Below the pieces are notes generated by a model, which saw only the letters and a program-made list of their open reading frames with translations, made no database searches and was not told the DNA's origin. DNA of 64,000 nucleotides, taken from NCBI GenBank assembly GCA_950097015.1, contig CATNEN010000037.1, positions 4,154,001 to 4,218,000 on the forward strand. The letters run 5' to 3'. The position numbers and the translations under genes are program-made. Below are positions 19,763 to 33,644 of the stretch, one piece after another (position 1 is the stretch's first letter; each line of letters begins with the position of its first letter). The stretch comes from Macrostomum hystrix. Lineage: Eukaryota; Animalia; Platyhelminthes.

Positions 19763-22460
19763 TCACACTCCACTCGGACACATGCCGTACGGTGCGTGTG
19801 CTGCCAAGAACTCCTTAGAGTGCATGTACTCGTGGCTGTAGTCTCTATTTTCGATATCCTGCTGGATTTGTAGCTTTCGCTTCTCCGCCTGCTGATCAGA
19901 CAGCAACTTGTCGTTCAACGCCTCCTTCGGCCGCCTGCTACCGCCGCCAGCAACGTCCTGGCTGTCGAGTAACGCGCCGAGAGCCTCGCCGCCAGAGATG
20001 ACAGCCAGGGCCTGGGGTCGCTCCAGCAGGCTGGCAGTCTGCCTGTCCTGCTCTACGCTGTTGCGCACCAGGTCCTTTCGCTCGGGCTCCGGGCCGAGGG
20101 TGAGGCGCAGTGATTCGCAGCGCTTCAACGAGTCCCACGGCATGGCCTCCAACAGGCGTAGCATGAAGCTGATCTGACGCTCCGACATCTGCGCCTCCGT
20201 CATGGTGTCGGAGATATGGCCGCCGATTTTGATGAAGTCAATTAGCAACGGGCCCCACAGCTCGGCTAGATAGGAGCCCACCCAGAAAAGGTCGTGCGAG
20301 CAGGCTACCGTTAGAGTGTGGCTCAGGTAAGAGCCGAGATTGGCAACTGATTCAACTTCCAGTTCGTGTATCTGACCGCCTGTAAGGCATGCCATGGCGA
20401 GTGCCACACTGCGACTGCAGGTCAACTGAAGGTGCTCAAGAGTTGTGTAGTTGATGAGCAGCATCGGGCCTCGCTGGCGCAGGTATTTCATGAGGAATAG
20501 CATAATTTGGTCCAGTCTGTACTTTCCTAGCACAAATTTCAAATGCGATGATGAGCCTCGAGTTATGTACTCGTTTAAGTCATTTTGAACCTGCAGATCA
20601 AATATTTTGTTTCGTGTTGAGATGGTGTGCGGTTGTGATTTGAAAAATGTAGGAATCTGTTATTATTAATTTCATATTGATTACTAATTTGCTGCTAATT
20701 GATAGTTTTAAATTGCTGATTTTCAGTGGCGGATCTAGGATTGCGAAACTAGGGGGGGGGGTCGAAGTCACAAATGCGAGATATATGTTGCCGTGTTAAC
20801 ACGGGTAAAAACTGAATATAACAACGCCATGCCATCGGTACTCTCATAGGCAAGCTTTCGAACATATTGGAGCCTCCCTGACTGCCTAGGAATCTTTCAA
20901 AAAGGGGGCCGGAAAACACTGGGTCGCCAGTCAGATACGGCCCTCGAGACTTCTACTAAATCTAAGTTCGTAGGCCTCCACTACCTCCCCATGCTAATCT
21001 TTATCGTGTGTCTCACATTCCCCTGTCTCATCTCTCTCCTGTCTTATACCTCTCCTGTATCATCTCTCTCCGTCCCATCTTCCCCTGTCTCATCTTTCCC
21101 TTGTCTCATCTCTCCCATATCTCACCTTATCTCCAACCTAATCTCTCCCGTTTCATCTTCCTCTGTCTAATCTCCCCTGTCTCTTGGGTCCATGAGCAAG
21201 ATAATTGTTCCCAGGTGCTCAGCTCATCCAGCTACAAAATGGATACCGCAATCAGCTGGGGTAGAAGTTTGGGTGGGTGTGGCTGTCTCCCCTGTCCTCG
21301 GACAGAACAGCTGTACACAGACTTCGGATGAGCCGTGCAATAGCTGCTGGCGTGCCGCTGGGTGCACATGTGGCCCAAAAGGTGTTATTATTTTTTTTCA
21401 TGCACCCTTGTAAAGTAGGTACCTTGTAGATTCGTAGCAGCAGGTATTTTCTCACCTCATCATCTTGTCGCAGCTCTCGAAAGTACACCTCTAGTCCAGG
21501 GGACAGGTCAGCCTTGTCGGCCACTTTCTCATCGCTGCGCCGGATATACCTGACATTGACGTACGTGGCCTGCCGCAGTCGCCTGACGCAGAGGAACACG
21601 ACTTCAAATGGGTCAATGAAGCCAGGCTGCTGACACCACTTTGCTGCGTAGAGGCTGTGCGTGACTGGTGCAGTTTCGGCCAGCTGTTTTGTGCAGTAGC
21701 AGGCCGCACTTCTGCCAAAATGCTCAGGCAGCTGTTTGCCAGACATGTCCACTTATAGAAAATTATCAGAAATAACTGAAAGTCATTAGGAATGAAATGC
21801 GTCTGATGGCAAATTTAGTTTTCAGCAATAAAACATAAATCAGTACATAGACAAAAATGCTGCTTTCTGTCGATTTGCTGCAGTAACCAGAGAATATTTA
21901 CATTTGAGCTAAAATATATTTGAGATAAACATACAATCACAGATACTTATACCTTATGCACAGATACTACTACAAGGGAATGAATGGGAAGACATTTTTC
22001 TAATGAATTTTATACTTTTTGTGATTATGCACATTTGAACACATTTATATACACCAGACGAGGGTACTGCAGCTATAGGCAAACCTGTCAGCCTTCTTCA
22101 CAGTTGAGAAGAAAAATCGCAGGTAGCTGCACAGATTTGGCATGACTTCCAAGTCGGTAGACCTCTTTCAGCAAGAAACTCTCTGAATCGTCCGATGTAA
22201 ATAAGCGTCTGCCTCTCTGTCGGCAGAGTCCTTCTCCAACCGCTCAATCGTCAGCAGGTCAGCTTCGTTAAATTCAGGGAACTCAGTCATCGTCGACAAG
22301 AACTGATCAATGCTACTTGACTCCAGTATCGGAAGCCCATTTGCATATTGCGAGATAGCCGAGTACTTTTGACGCCCAGCAGTTTGACGAGTGACAAAAT
22401 CTAGTTCTCGGTTGACAATCCAGCAATGTCTTCTTCGAGAATACCGTCGTAGTTAATCAT
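19763..22460 (-). CDS. Hypothetical protein of about 390 aa, no recognised domain
   Basis: Exons 21751-21423 and 20590-19763 splice in frame (YK|VQNDLNEY, phase 0). A putative 16-nt first exon 22460-22445 (MINYD, phase 1) matches the phase of the 21751 acceptor. Long open, GC3-rich frames. Confidence 0.65.
22030..22300 (-). mobile_element. Degenerate Crypton-like (tyrosine-recombinase transposon / DUF3504-associated) fragment
   Basis: Across two frameshifts it reads FPEFNEADLLTIERLEKDS/PTERQTLIYIGRFREFLAERGLPT/DLEVMPNLCSYLRFFFSTVKKADRFAYSCSTL, resembling the Crypton/ZMYM/KCTD1 N-terminal pattern. Recalled similarity, not a search result. Confidence 0.55.
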
Positions 22461-24989
22461 TGTCTCTGTGGAATGCTATGTAGAATTTTTAAAGAACTGT
22501 TTTTCAGTTTCAATTCTCTATTCCTCTGCAGAACAGATCTTTTGGCTTAGTCTACGATTTGACTTTCTAGTAAAATAGTCTATGGTAGTGGGTGCAGGGG
22601 GCTTCGCGCCCACACCCCCATCTCTGACTCTGAAAGTGTAGCTTGGGCAAAAATGTCTATGGCACATTAACAGTAATACCCATTACTGTTATGGTATATA
22701 ATTGTAAAACGCTCAAGCGTGCAGATAATGACTATGTCTATGGTGAAATCATATAGTCAAGCTAGCTATGCAAAAAACGTGCTGATAGTCGAAACGTGTG
22801 TAGATAATGGATGTCTATGTACCAAATCCCAATCTCAACACGGACAGTCGGTGACTATATTTTTAACGAACAATTTAATGGGACAACAGTATAACAAATA
22901 ACGTGTATGATAGCAAAGCGTCACTTTCGCGTTAATTTGGTGGAACGCGAAAATCGGCTTTACTTTAGAGTCTACACGCTTGCATTGGCTTTCTATCGAA
23001 GATAAAATAATTTCTGAGTATAACGAGCCGCTCTAAGAACACAAAGAACTTGTTTTCGCTTTTACTCTGTTTTTATTTATTGTGACTAATTCCGACTTTA
23101 ATATGAAATCGTATTATAAAAATCAGCACCTTCATTGAACTTTTTGACTCATAGTACCACTCAAATGTGCTTTTTCGAGGTGTTGAGATGAGAAAACTAG
23201 CCATACGCTCGTACAATTACGTATAGAAAGTCTCTCTGCTTAACTCAATTTACAGAACGTGTGCTAGCTCAGAACTTAGCCGTTCTTACTTAGCCGACTG
23301 AATCAGTAAGTTTGCCTGAGGGGTGGGGCTGGCGTGCGTCATTGCTTGAAAGTTAAAAGCACGCTATTGCTTCACAGAGGCGCAATCTGAGAAAAAACAG
23401 CTCATGAGACTAAAAATAGCATGCCCGACCAAGCCGTGTACACATTTTTCATTTTTTCCTAAAGAAAAGATATTTTTTCGGATGTACAGACTTTTACTCG
23501 GTGGATCAATTCTTTTGTCAGGTGCGGAGTGAACAAGCTCTTACTGGACCGCGCGCTGTTCTCTTGTTGCTAGGGGCGGTGGGGTTGGTGTGAGCGGTGC
23601 GCAAGGGAAGAGACTTAAAGCTAACGAGACCAGGGTGGTGAAAAAATGTTTGCTTTTGCTAATAGCATTCTGTATTTTGTACTAAATAAATGATAATAAG
23701 TAAACCAAGAACCAAGCGAGAATCTGAGAAGTAAACCTATTTTTATGTAAATCTGGTGTAAATAGAGAAAGACATCTGCTGCTGAGCTTTGTACTTTTGA
23801 TTTGCAAGCAACTGATTGTTTTTACTTTCAAATTGTGAAATACATTCAAATGTGCTTTAACATTTTTTGTGTTTTCACTGGGGCTTAGAATCTCGGCCTC
23901 CATAAGTAATTGATTGTAGATACGAAATTTCTATCAATTAATATACACAGTAATATAGTCAGGTAGAACCAAATTATTGATGAGAACTATTTTTTGAACC
24001 ACCCTGCTCATGCGCCACCCCCCATTCCATTTTATTTCCATCGCGTTGCGCCGTGTGAAGAAAGAGTTGCGCTATGTTTCGTGTGCAGAGAATGAAAGCC
24101 TGGGACTGATGAAATCAGCTGCAATAGGGAGTTTGTCACCCCATGGGGGGAGAGAGGAGAGAATGAAAAAGTACACATGGGGCGAGAGATAAGAACTGTA
24201 CACTTTTATTGATCTGCGAAAGCGTACACCAAAACAGTCCACTGTACATTGCTCCCGCTGCTCTATTCAAACCAAGGGTTTGGCGCCCCTCACACCCCCA
24301 GCCTGGGCAAGTCTATAATATGCGACCTGCCCGCCACAGTTAAACTGCTTTGCTTTACCCTATCAGCAGCAGCTACTTGTCTGGCTCTAACTGGCCGACT
24401 CATTTACTGAGCAGTTTTTGGTAAGTGTAAAGTGTTTCTATACGAATTTACAGCACACCCTCTAACAATTTAGGCGTGGTGTTAGACAAATGTTCAGTTT
24501 GATTATAACGTACCTTAGGCTATTAAATAATACAAAAATATTGTAAATAAATTATCCATTTCAGTTCAGAACAGTATCTTAGCTTCCTACAAAGTAAGTG
24601 AAATTGCAAGTACACGTAATGCACACGTGTAGTCTAGGCTTGTCTTGCTATGTATTGGCCATGTGGTAACTAATGTCACGATCTTACCTTGATTTCTCTT
24701 GGTTTATAATTTAAAAAAATTATTTGCACGCCTCAATTTGAGCCCATTAGTAGCACTACTATTATTTATAATTGCGCAACTTAAGATACAAACATTTTGA
24801 CTGTAATTTACGGTCGCGAATTACCTTTCCTTATTGTTATAGTATGCTACTTTTGTAAGTAGCGAAGCAGCAGTAGATAAAATGTATTAATCCAGATGAT
24901 TCCACTATTCTTGTTTCTATGTTTTCAAAATGCCGCAGCCAACTGGTGTCTAAAAAACCGCATTTTTTTCTAATTTCAGCAATTTAATT

Positions 24990-27900
24990 ATGAGCAAGAA
25001 GGGACCTCAGATGCCAGACGACTCTAGCCTGTTCCGCATTCCGCCGTTCTACTATGTACACGTGCTGGACCAGAACACCAATGTGACTCGTATCGAGATT
25101 GGACCCAGGACCTTTGTGCGCCAGGACAATGAGCGCGTGGTTCTGGGCCCCGAGAAGATGGTCACCGTGCCGCCTAGGCACTATTGCGTCATCGAGAATC
25201 CGGTTGTTAAGGACGCCGATGGCAAGGTTGGTAGAAAAAATTATATGCCTTCTTATGCCTGCCCATTCTCCCTCTCCTATCTGTCTTACCTGCAACAGCA
25301 ATGAAATGTCTATATAGGGTTTGGAGATATACAATTGATCAGTTCTAAATGGCCTAAGCCTTATCTTTGTAGCTTTGTGATAAGGCGTTACTGGTCTATT
25401 TAGTTAAACTTGACAAATGGCCAGAACTGCTCGCATCTATAATTTATATAGATCAACTAAGCGACTAAAAAAGTAATTAGTCAAGTGAGTCGCAGTGAAC
25501 CAAATGTACCAAGATAGTCAACTTGTCTTAGAGGCCTTTGGGCGCTTACAGAAACATTCTTTAGACTGTGTGCCTGAAGCGAAGCAAAACTATTTATGAT
25601 TAAGTGTGGACATGAAAGGTGAATCAAACCTCTACGAGTATTGTTTCAATAGAACTAAGAAAGAGTTTAGATAAGCTAATGACAATAATGTCCAAAGTTG
25701 AGCTAAAAGTACAGGTGGCTGTAAACTGTGAATGAATAGAGGATTGAGTACACAAAGCTAATTTAACTGACACGCATCCATCCCCCTCCGCTTCGCAGGT
25801 GGTTTACGACGACTTCGGCCAGGTGAAGCTGCTTCACGCCGATCAGGAGATCCGCATGGCCCAGGATCCGTTCCCGCTGTATCCTGGCGAAGGTGCTGAA
25901 GGTCGGCGTGTCGCCGCTGCGCATCGTGCCGCCGAACTCGGCGCTTCGCCTGAAGGCCCAGCTGGACTTCACCGATGAAGGCGACATTCAGCGGGTGGCC
26001 GGCGACGAGTGGCTGTTCGAGGGCCCCGGCACCTACCTGCCGCGCAAGGAGGTCACAGTCGAGGAGGTGGTGCGAGCCACCGTGATTCGGCCTAACCAGG
26101 TGAGAAAATAGAATTGCTCGTCAGTTCGGATCAAACTAAAGCTTTTTTACTTTCTTGTAAGCTTATTTATTTCGAACCCTTTGCTTATTTAGAAGCCGAA
26201 TCCTACTACTTTAAGTAGTAAAGTAAAAAATAAGAATATTTATATTTATCTAATTATTTGAATGCCGATTCAAATTTGTAGGCACTGCGTCTTCGCGCCC
26301 GCAAGGAGTGCAAGGACCGCGACGGTAGGCCCCGCGTCTGCGGTGAGGAATGGATCGTGAAGGTGAGCGGCGCCTACCTGCCTGGTGCCTACGAAGAGGT
26401 TGTGGCCACAGTTGAGGCCCAGATCCTCACAGAGAAGAAGGCGCTGCACATGCGCGCTCTGCGCACCTTCGTGGACGATTTCCGCAAGACTCGCAAATCC
26501 GGCGAGGAGTGGCTTATCACCCTGAGCGACACGGAGTCGCACATCACAGGTGAGGCTATCAGGCATGTGTTTGTGAACAGAACTGAGCAAGCGTTGGCTC
26601 CTGGATTTAATTAAATCTTACTGTTTATTTTTCACTCGTACGAAGGCGTCAATGAGGAGGTTGTCGGCGTCATCAACATCACGACGCTAAACAACCGGCA
26701 GTACTGCGTCATCTGCGATCCCTGCTGACGCGGAGGGCAAGCCGCAGCTGGGCAAGAAGAAGCTGGTCCGCGGTGAGCGCTCCTTCTTCCTGCTGCCCGG
26801 CGAGAGCCTGGAGAAGGGCATCCAGAATGTCTACGTGCTTAGCGAGAACGAAGGCCTCATCCTGCGTGCCCTGGAAGAGTTCAAGGAGACCGCCGACAAG
26901 GTGCGCAAGCCCGGTGACCGCTGGATGATCCGCGGCCCGGTTGAGTACGTGCCCCCCGTTGAGGTGGACGTTGTGTGCAAGCGGACCGCCATTCCCCTCG
27001 ACGTCAACGAGGGCATCTACGTGCGTGACATCAAGTCCGGCCAGGTGCGCTGCGTTTCCGGCGAGACCTACATGCTCAGCCACGACGAGGAGCTGTGGGA
27101 GAAGCACCTGCCACCGGCTGTGGAGGCCTTGTTGGCCTCGCAGAAGGACCCCCTTGCTGACCGGTCCGACCGCAGCAAGAACGACCCCGAGTCCAAGCCG
27201 CGCGACCGAACTCGCAGCATCACCCTGCGCGTGCCCCACAATGCCGCTGTGCAGATCTACGACTACAAGGCTAAGGTGGCCCGCGTGGTGTTCGGACCCG
27301 AGCTGGTCATGCTGAACCCTGACGAGCAGTTCACCCAGCTGTCCTTGTCTGGCGGCAAGCCCAAGAAGCCGAATGTCATCAAGTCCCTGTGCCTGCTTCT
27401 GGGCCCCGACTTCTGCACGGATATCATCACCCTGGAGACCTCCGACCACGCCAGGCTGCAGATTCAGCTGTCCTACAACTGGCACTTTGACACCTCCAAG
27501 TGCGCCGCCGATGCCAAGGAGGCCGCCAAGCTGTTCTCCGTGCCCGACTTTGTCGGCGACATGTGCAAGGCGGTGGCCAGCAGGGTGCGCGGCGCCGTCG
27601 CTGCCGTCGGCTTCGACGACTTCCACCGCAACTCGGCGCGCATCATCCGCGGCGCGCTGTTCGGCTTCAGCGAGCAGGGCAAGATCCGGGACGAGTTCCG
27701 CATGCCGCAGAACAACCTGGTCATCACCTCCGTGGACATCCAAAACGTGGAGCCCGTGGAGCAGCGGACCCGTGATGCCCTGCAGAAGTCCGTCCAGCTG
27801 GCCATCGAGATCACCACCAACTCGCAGGAGGCCACGGCCAGGCAGGAGGCCGAGCGGCTGGAGCAGGAGGCCCGCGGCAAGCTGGAGCGCCAGAAGATCT

Positions 27901-30900
27901 CCGACGAAGCCGAGGCCGAGAAGGCCAGGCGGGAGCTGCTGGAGCTTCAGGTATGTCACCGTGTTGCCTCAATTAGATTTTTAAATACTCATTTGATCTC
28001 CCTCACAACCGGCCCTCACAGTCAGCCTACTCTCCCTCACAGTCAGCCTACTCTCCCTCACAGCCAGCCTACTCTCCCTCACAGTCAGCCTACTCTACCT
28101 CAGAGTCAGCCTACTCTCCCTCACAGTCAGCCTACTCTCCCTCACAGTCAGCCTACTCTCCCTCACAGTCAGCCTACTCTCCCTCTCAGCCTACTCTCCC
28201 TCACAGTCAGCCTACTCTCCCTCACAGTCAGCCTACTCTCCCTCACAGTCAGCCTACTCTCCCTCACAGCCAGTCTACTCTCCCTCACAGCCAGTCTACT
28301 CTCCCTCTCAGCCAGTCTACTCTCCCTCACAGCCAGTCTACTCTCCCTCACAGCCAGTCTACTCTCCCTCTCAGCCAGCCTACTCTCCCTCACAGTCAGC
28401 CTACTCTCCCTCACAGCCAGTCTACTCTCCCTCTCAGCCAGCCTACTCTCCCTCACAGCCAGCCTACTCTCCCTCTCAGCCAGCCTACTCTCCCTCACAG
28501 CCAGTCTACTCTCCCTCTAAGCCAGTCTACTCTCCCTCACAGCCAGCCTACTCTCCCTCTCAGCCAGCCTACTCTCCCTCACAGCCAGCCTACTCTCCCT
28601 CTCAGCCAGCCTACTCTCCCTCACAGCCAGTCTACTCTCCCTCTAAGCCAGTCTACTCTCCCTCACAGCCAGCCTACTCTCCCTCTCAGCCAGCCTCATC
28701 TCTCTCAGCCAGCCTTAACGAGGTTGATATTCTAAGCACCCTAAGCGCAAGCCGCTGTTATACCCGCTCAGGCGCACTCGGCGGCAGTGGAGAGCACCGG
28801 CCAGGCCAAGGCGGAGGCGCAGTCTCGCGCCGAGGCGGCCCGCATCGAGGGCCAGGCGGCCGTGGAGCAGGCCAGGCTGCGCTCCGAGGCGCTGGGCATC
28901 GAGTCCACCGCCGAGCTGGAGCGGGTGAAGCTGGCCCGCGAGGCCGAGCTGGCCTATCAGCGAGAGCAAAACGAGCTGGACGTGTCGCGCCAGAAGGAGC
29001 TGACGACAATCGAGGTCGAAAAGTTCAAGCGCTTCGTGGACGCCATCGGTGCCGACACCATACGCGCTATCGCCAACGCTGGCCCGGAGATGCAGGTGAG
29101 TGTGCGCCCGGCTGATGTTTGGGTCTGGGATCCCTGGACTTCGAGTCTGGAAAAAGAGTGTCGGAATTTGAGTTTCGGAATTGAGAGAGTCGGGAATGAC
29201 GGTTTCGGAATTGAGAGTGTCGGGAATGACGGTTTCGGAATTGAGAGAGTCGGGAATGACGGTTTCGGAATTGAGAGTGTCGGAATTTGAGTTTCGGAAT
29301 TGAGAGAGTCGGGAATGACGGTTTCGGAATTGAGAGTGTCGGGAATGACGGTTTCGGAATTGAGAGAGTCGGGAATGACGGTTTCGGAATTGAGAGTCGG
29401 GAATGACGGTTTCGGAATTGAGAGTGTCGGGAATGATGGTTTCGGAATTGAGAGAGTCGGGAATGACGGTTTCGGAATTGAGAGAGTCGGGAATGACGGT
29501 TTCGGAATTGAGAGTGTCGGGAATGACGGTTTCGGAATTGAGAGTGTCGGGAATGACGGTTTCGGAATTGAGAGTGTCAGGAATGATGGTTTCGGAATTG
29601 AGTGTCGGGAATGACGGTTTCGGAATTGAGAGTCGGGAATGACGGTTTCGGAATTGAGAGTGTCGGGAATGATGGTTTCGGAATTGAGAGAGTCGGGAAT
29701 GACAGTTTCGGAATTGAGAGAGTCGGGAATGACGGTTTCGGAATTGAGAGTGTCGGGAATGATGGTTTCGGAATTGAGAGTGTCGGGAATGACGGTTTCG
29801 GAATTGAGAGAGTCGGGAATGACGGTTTCGGAATTGAGAGTGTCGGGAATGATGGTTTCGGAATTGAGAGTGTCGGGAATGATGGTTTCGGAATTGAGAG
29901 CGTCGGGAATGACGGTTTCGGAATTGAGAGTGTCGGGAATGATGGTTTCGGAATTGAGTGTCGGGAATGACGGTTTCGGAATTGAGAGTCGGGAATGACG
30001 GTTTCGGAATTGAGAGTGTCGGGAATGACGGTTTCGGAATTGAGAGTGTCGGGAATGACGGTTTCAGAATTGAGAGTGTCGGGAATGACGGTTTCGGAAT
30101 TGAGAGTGTCGGGAATGATGGTTTCGGAATTGAGAGTGTCGGGAATGATGGTTTCGGAATTGAGAGTGTCGGGAATGATGGTTTCGGAATTGAGAGTGTC
30201 GGGAATGATGGTTTCGGAATTGAGAGTGTCGGGAATGATGGTTTCGGAATTGAGAGTGTCGGGAATGACGGTTTCGGAATTGAGAGTGTCGGGAATGACG
30301 GTTTCGGAATTGAGAGTGTCGGGAATGATGGTTTTCGGAATTGAGAGTGTCGGGAATGATGGTTTCGGAATTGAGAGTGTCGGGAATGACGGTTTCGGAA
30401 TTGAGAGTGTCGGGAATGATGGTTTCGGAATTGAGAGTGTCGGGAATGATGGTTTCGGAATTGAGAGTGTCGGGAATGATGGTTTCGGAATTGAGAGTGT
30501 CGGGAATGATGGTTTCGGAATTGAGAGTGTCGGGAATGATGGTTTCGGAATTGAGAGTGTCGGGAATGACGGTTTCGGAATTGAGAGTGTCGGGAATGAC
30601 GGTTTCGGAATTGAGAGTGTCGGGAATGATGGTTTCGGAATTGAGAGTGTCGGGAATGACGGTTTCGGAATTGAGAGTGTCGGGAATGATGGTTTCGGAA
30701 TTGAGAGTGTCGGAATGATGGTTTCGGAATTGAGAGTGTCGGGAATGACGGTTTCGGAATTGAGAGTGTCGGGAATGATGGTTTCGGAATTGAGAGTGTC
30801 GGGAATGATGGTTTCGGAATTGAGAGTGTCGGGAATGATGGTTTCGGAATTGAGAGTGTCGGGAATGATGGTTTCGGAATTGAGAGTGTCGGGAATGATG

Positions 30901-32703
30901 GTTTCGGAATTGAGAGTGTCGGGAATGACGGTTTCGGAATTGAGAGTTTCGGGAATGACGGTTTCGGAATTGAGAGTGTCGGGAATGATGGTTTCGGAAT
31001 TGAGAGTGTCGGGAATGATGGTTTCGGAATTGAGAGTGTCGGGAATAATGGTTTCGGAATTGAGAGTGTCGGGAATGATGGTTTCGGAATTGAGAGTGTC
31101 GGGAATGACGGTTTCGGAATTGAGAGTGTCGGGAATGATGGTTTCGGAATTGAGAGTGTCGGGAATGATGGTTTCGGAATTGAGAGTGTCGGAATGACGG
31201 TTTCGGAATTGAGAGTGTCGGGAATGATGGTTTCGGAATTGAGAGTGTCGGGAATGATGGTTTCGGAATTGAGAGTGTCGGGAATGATGGTTTCGGAATT
31301 GAGAGTGTCGGGAATGATGGTTTCGGAATTGAGAGTGTCGGGAATGATGGTTTCGGAATTGAGAGTGTCGGGAATGACGGTTTCGGAATTGAGAGTGTCG
31401 GGAATGACGGTTTCGGAATTGAGAGTGTCGGGAATGATGGTTTCGGAATTGAGAGTGTCGGGAATGATGGTTTTGGAATTGAGAGTGTCGGGAATAATGG
31501 TTTCGGAATTGAGAGTGTCGGGAATGATGGTTTCGGAATTGAGAGTGTCGGGAATGACGGTTTCGGAATTGAGAGTGTCGGGAATGACGGTTTCGGAATT
31601 GAGAGTGTCGGGAATGACGGTTTCGGAATTGAGAGTGTCGGGAATGACGGTTTCGGAATTGAGAGTGTCGGGAATGATGGTTTCGGAATTGAGAGTGTCG
31701 GGAATGACGGTTTCGGAATTGAGAGTGTCGGGAATGACGGTTTCGGAATTGAGAGTGTCGGGAATGACGGTTTCGGAATTGAGAGTGTCGGGAATGATGG
31801 TTTCGGAATTGAGTGTCGGGAATGACAGTTTCGGAATTGAGAATGTCTGGAATGACGGTTTCGGAATTGAGAGTGTCGGGAATGACGGTTTCGGAATTGA
31901 GAGTGTCGGGAATGATGGTTTCGGAATTGAGAGTGTCGGGAATGATGGTTTCGGAATTGAGAGTGTCGGGAATGATGGTTTCGGAATTGAGAGTGTCGGG
32001 AATGACGGTTTCGGAATTGAGAGTGTCGGGAATGACGGTTTCGGAATTGAGAATGTCGGGAATGACGGTTTCGGAATTGAGAGTGTCGGGAATGATGGTT
32101 TCGGAATTGAGAGTGTCGGGAATGATGGTTTCGGAATTGAGAGTGTCGGGAATGACGGTTTCGGAATTGAGAGTGTCGGGAATGACGGTTTCGGAATTGA
32201 GAATGTCGGGAATGATGGTTTCGGAATCGAGAGTGTCGGGAATGACGGTTTCGGAATTGAGAGTGTCGGGAATGACGGTTTCGGAATTGAGAATGTCGGG
32301 AATGACGGTTTCGGAATTGAGAGTGTCGGGAATGACGGTTTCGGAATTGAGAGTGTCGGGAATGATGGTTTCGGAATTGAGAGTGTCGGGAATGATGGTT
32401 TCGGAATTGAGAGTGTCTCGTAGCATTTTGTTGATTAATTGGGAATGAAGTTGAAGGATCAAGATCCCTTATTTTTATTTAGCGAATAAATATTAACTGA
32501 TTTAATAACTAAATAAATGAGGACAATTTGATTGCCCCCGCCAACAGGTGAAGATGCTGCAGAGCCTGGGCCTGAAGTCCACCCTCATCACGGACGGCAG
32601 CTCGCCAATCAACCTGTTCAGCACCGCCCACGGCCTGATTGGCGGCGAATTCTTTTCCAGGAACCAGCAGCGCGACCGGGGCTCCGAGCACGTGCCCGAG
32701 TAA
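24990..32703 (+). CDS. MVP: Major vault protein (two apparent +1 frameshifts at about 25892 and 26722)
   Basis: Exons 24990-25226, 25799-26099, 26282-26549, 26646-27950, 28772-29095, 32548-32703. Motifs: [114 protein letters not shown]. Confidence 0.97.
28005..28712. repeat. 21-bp minisatellite (cagcctactctccctcacagt)n in MVP intron 4
   Basis: About 33 copies. Confidence 0.95.
29158..32417. repeat. 30-bp minisatellite (gtcgggaatgacggtttcggaattgagagt)n in MVP intron 5
   Basis: About 108 highly similar copies over 3.26 kb. Confidence 0.98.
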
Positions 32704-33644
32704 GTGCGGAGCTCACGGCTTAGACCTGCAGGTGGTGATCGCAAACATGACAGACCATTGCGTGTGTGTGTGTGTTTTTATCGCCGTCAGTTACTTAGAA
32801 ACCCAAGCTTTAGAAATGCGCCGCCTGTGTGTGCGGTCAGCTAAGGACTATAGAAAATTTAGATTGCAATTATTTAGATCATGCAGCAGTTGTGACTATA
32901 TGAGAACTTTGTCTTGAGTAAAAACATATTCACTTCTCTATTGCTTATTTTATTCGAGCGTCAGTTATAACGTGCACTGTTAAATGTACTACTCCTATTC
33001 CGATCATTGTGTTAGACTTACCTACCTGTAGTCATTGTTTTTTTATACACAGGTTTTTTTCAACGCGCTCTCCTTCACCAGCACTCCCTCCTCACTTTTA
33101 ACAGCATCCGGTACTGATTTGTTTATTTTCTTTCTTATTTTTTGTTTATTCCGATCTCCTTCATTCAAGCAGTCTTTATTTGATCTGTTTTAGAGTCGCT
33201 CGCCTATAACCAGATTTCTCCGTTAGCGCAATTTCTGCTGTTGCACATTTAACTATTTATGATTATTAACTGATTAATGACTTAATAATCTACCTTAATA
33301 CCTGACTGCGACAGAAATTTCGCTAACGAGCAAGGCTGTAATGCTTGCACTGAAATCTTTTTTCGTTAACTATATTACCAGATTCTCTCATCGTGTGCCT
33401 TTCACTTTTCTATAATCTACGAGTACTTAAGCAAACCATAGCCTGAGGCCTGTCTCGTTGCATTATTTAGCTTATTTATTACTTTAGAAAAATATTCAAT
33501 TTTATTTCATAATCAATCAAATATAACAATTTTATTTGCTATTAGAGAACTGCTTTGTTCTATCTCTATAAATCCAGCTTTGGGTCTAGTTTTTTCTTAG
33601 ATTCCAAAACATGGGCAGCGAAACCATGCCAAGAAAACCCTGAA

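Noticed and set aside
20724-20945. cagtggcggatctag hAT-like terminus
   Set aside because: No matching opposite TIR or TSD found.
26709-27959. 416-aa minus-strand ORF
   Set aside because: Antisense shadow of the GC3-rich MVP exon.
29158-32462. 961-aa and other long ORFs over the 30-bp array
   Set aside because: Stop-free translations of an intronic minisatellite; MVP splices across it in frame.
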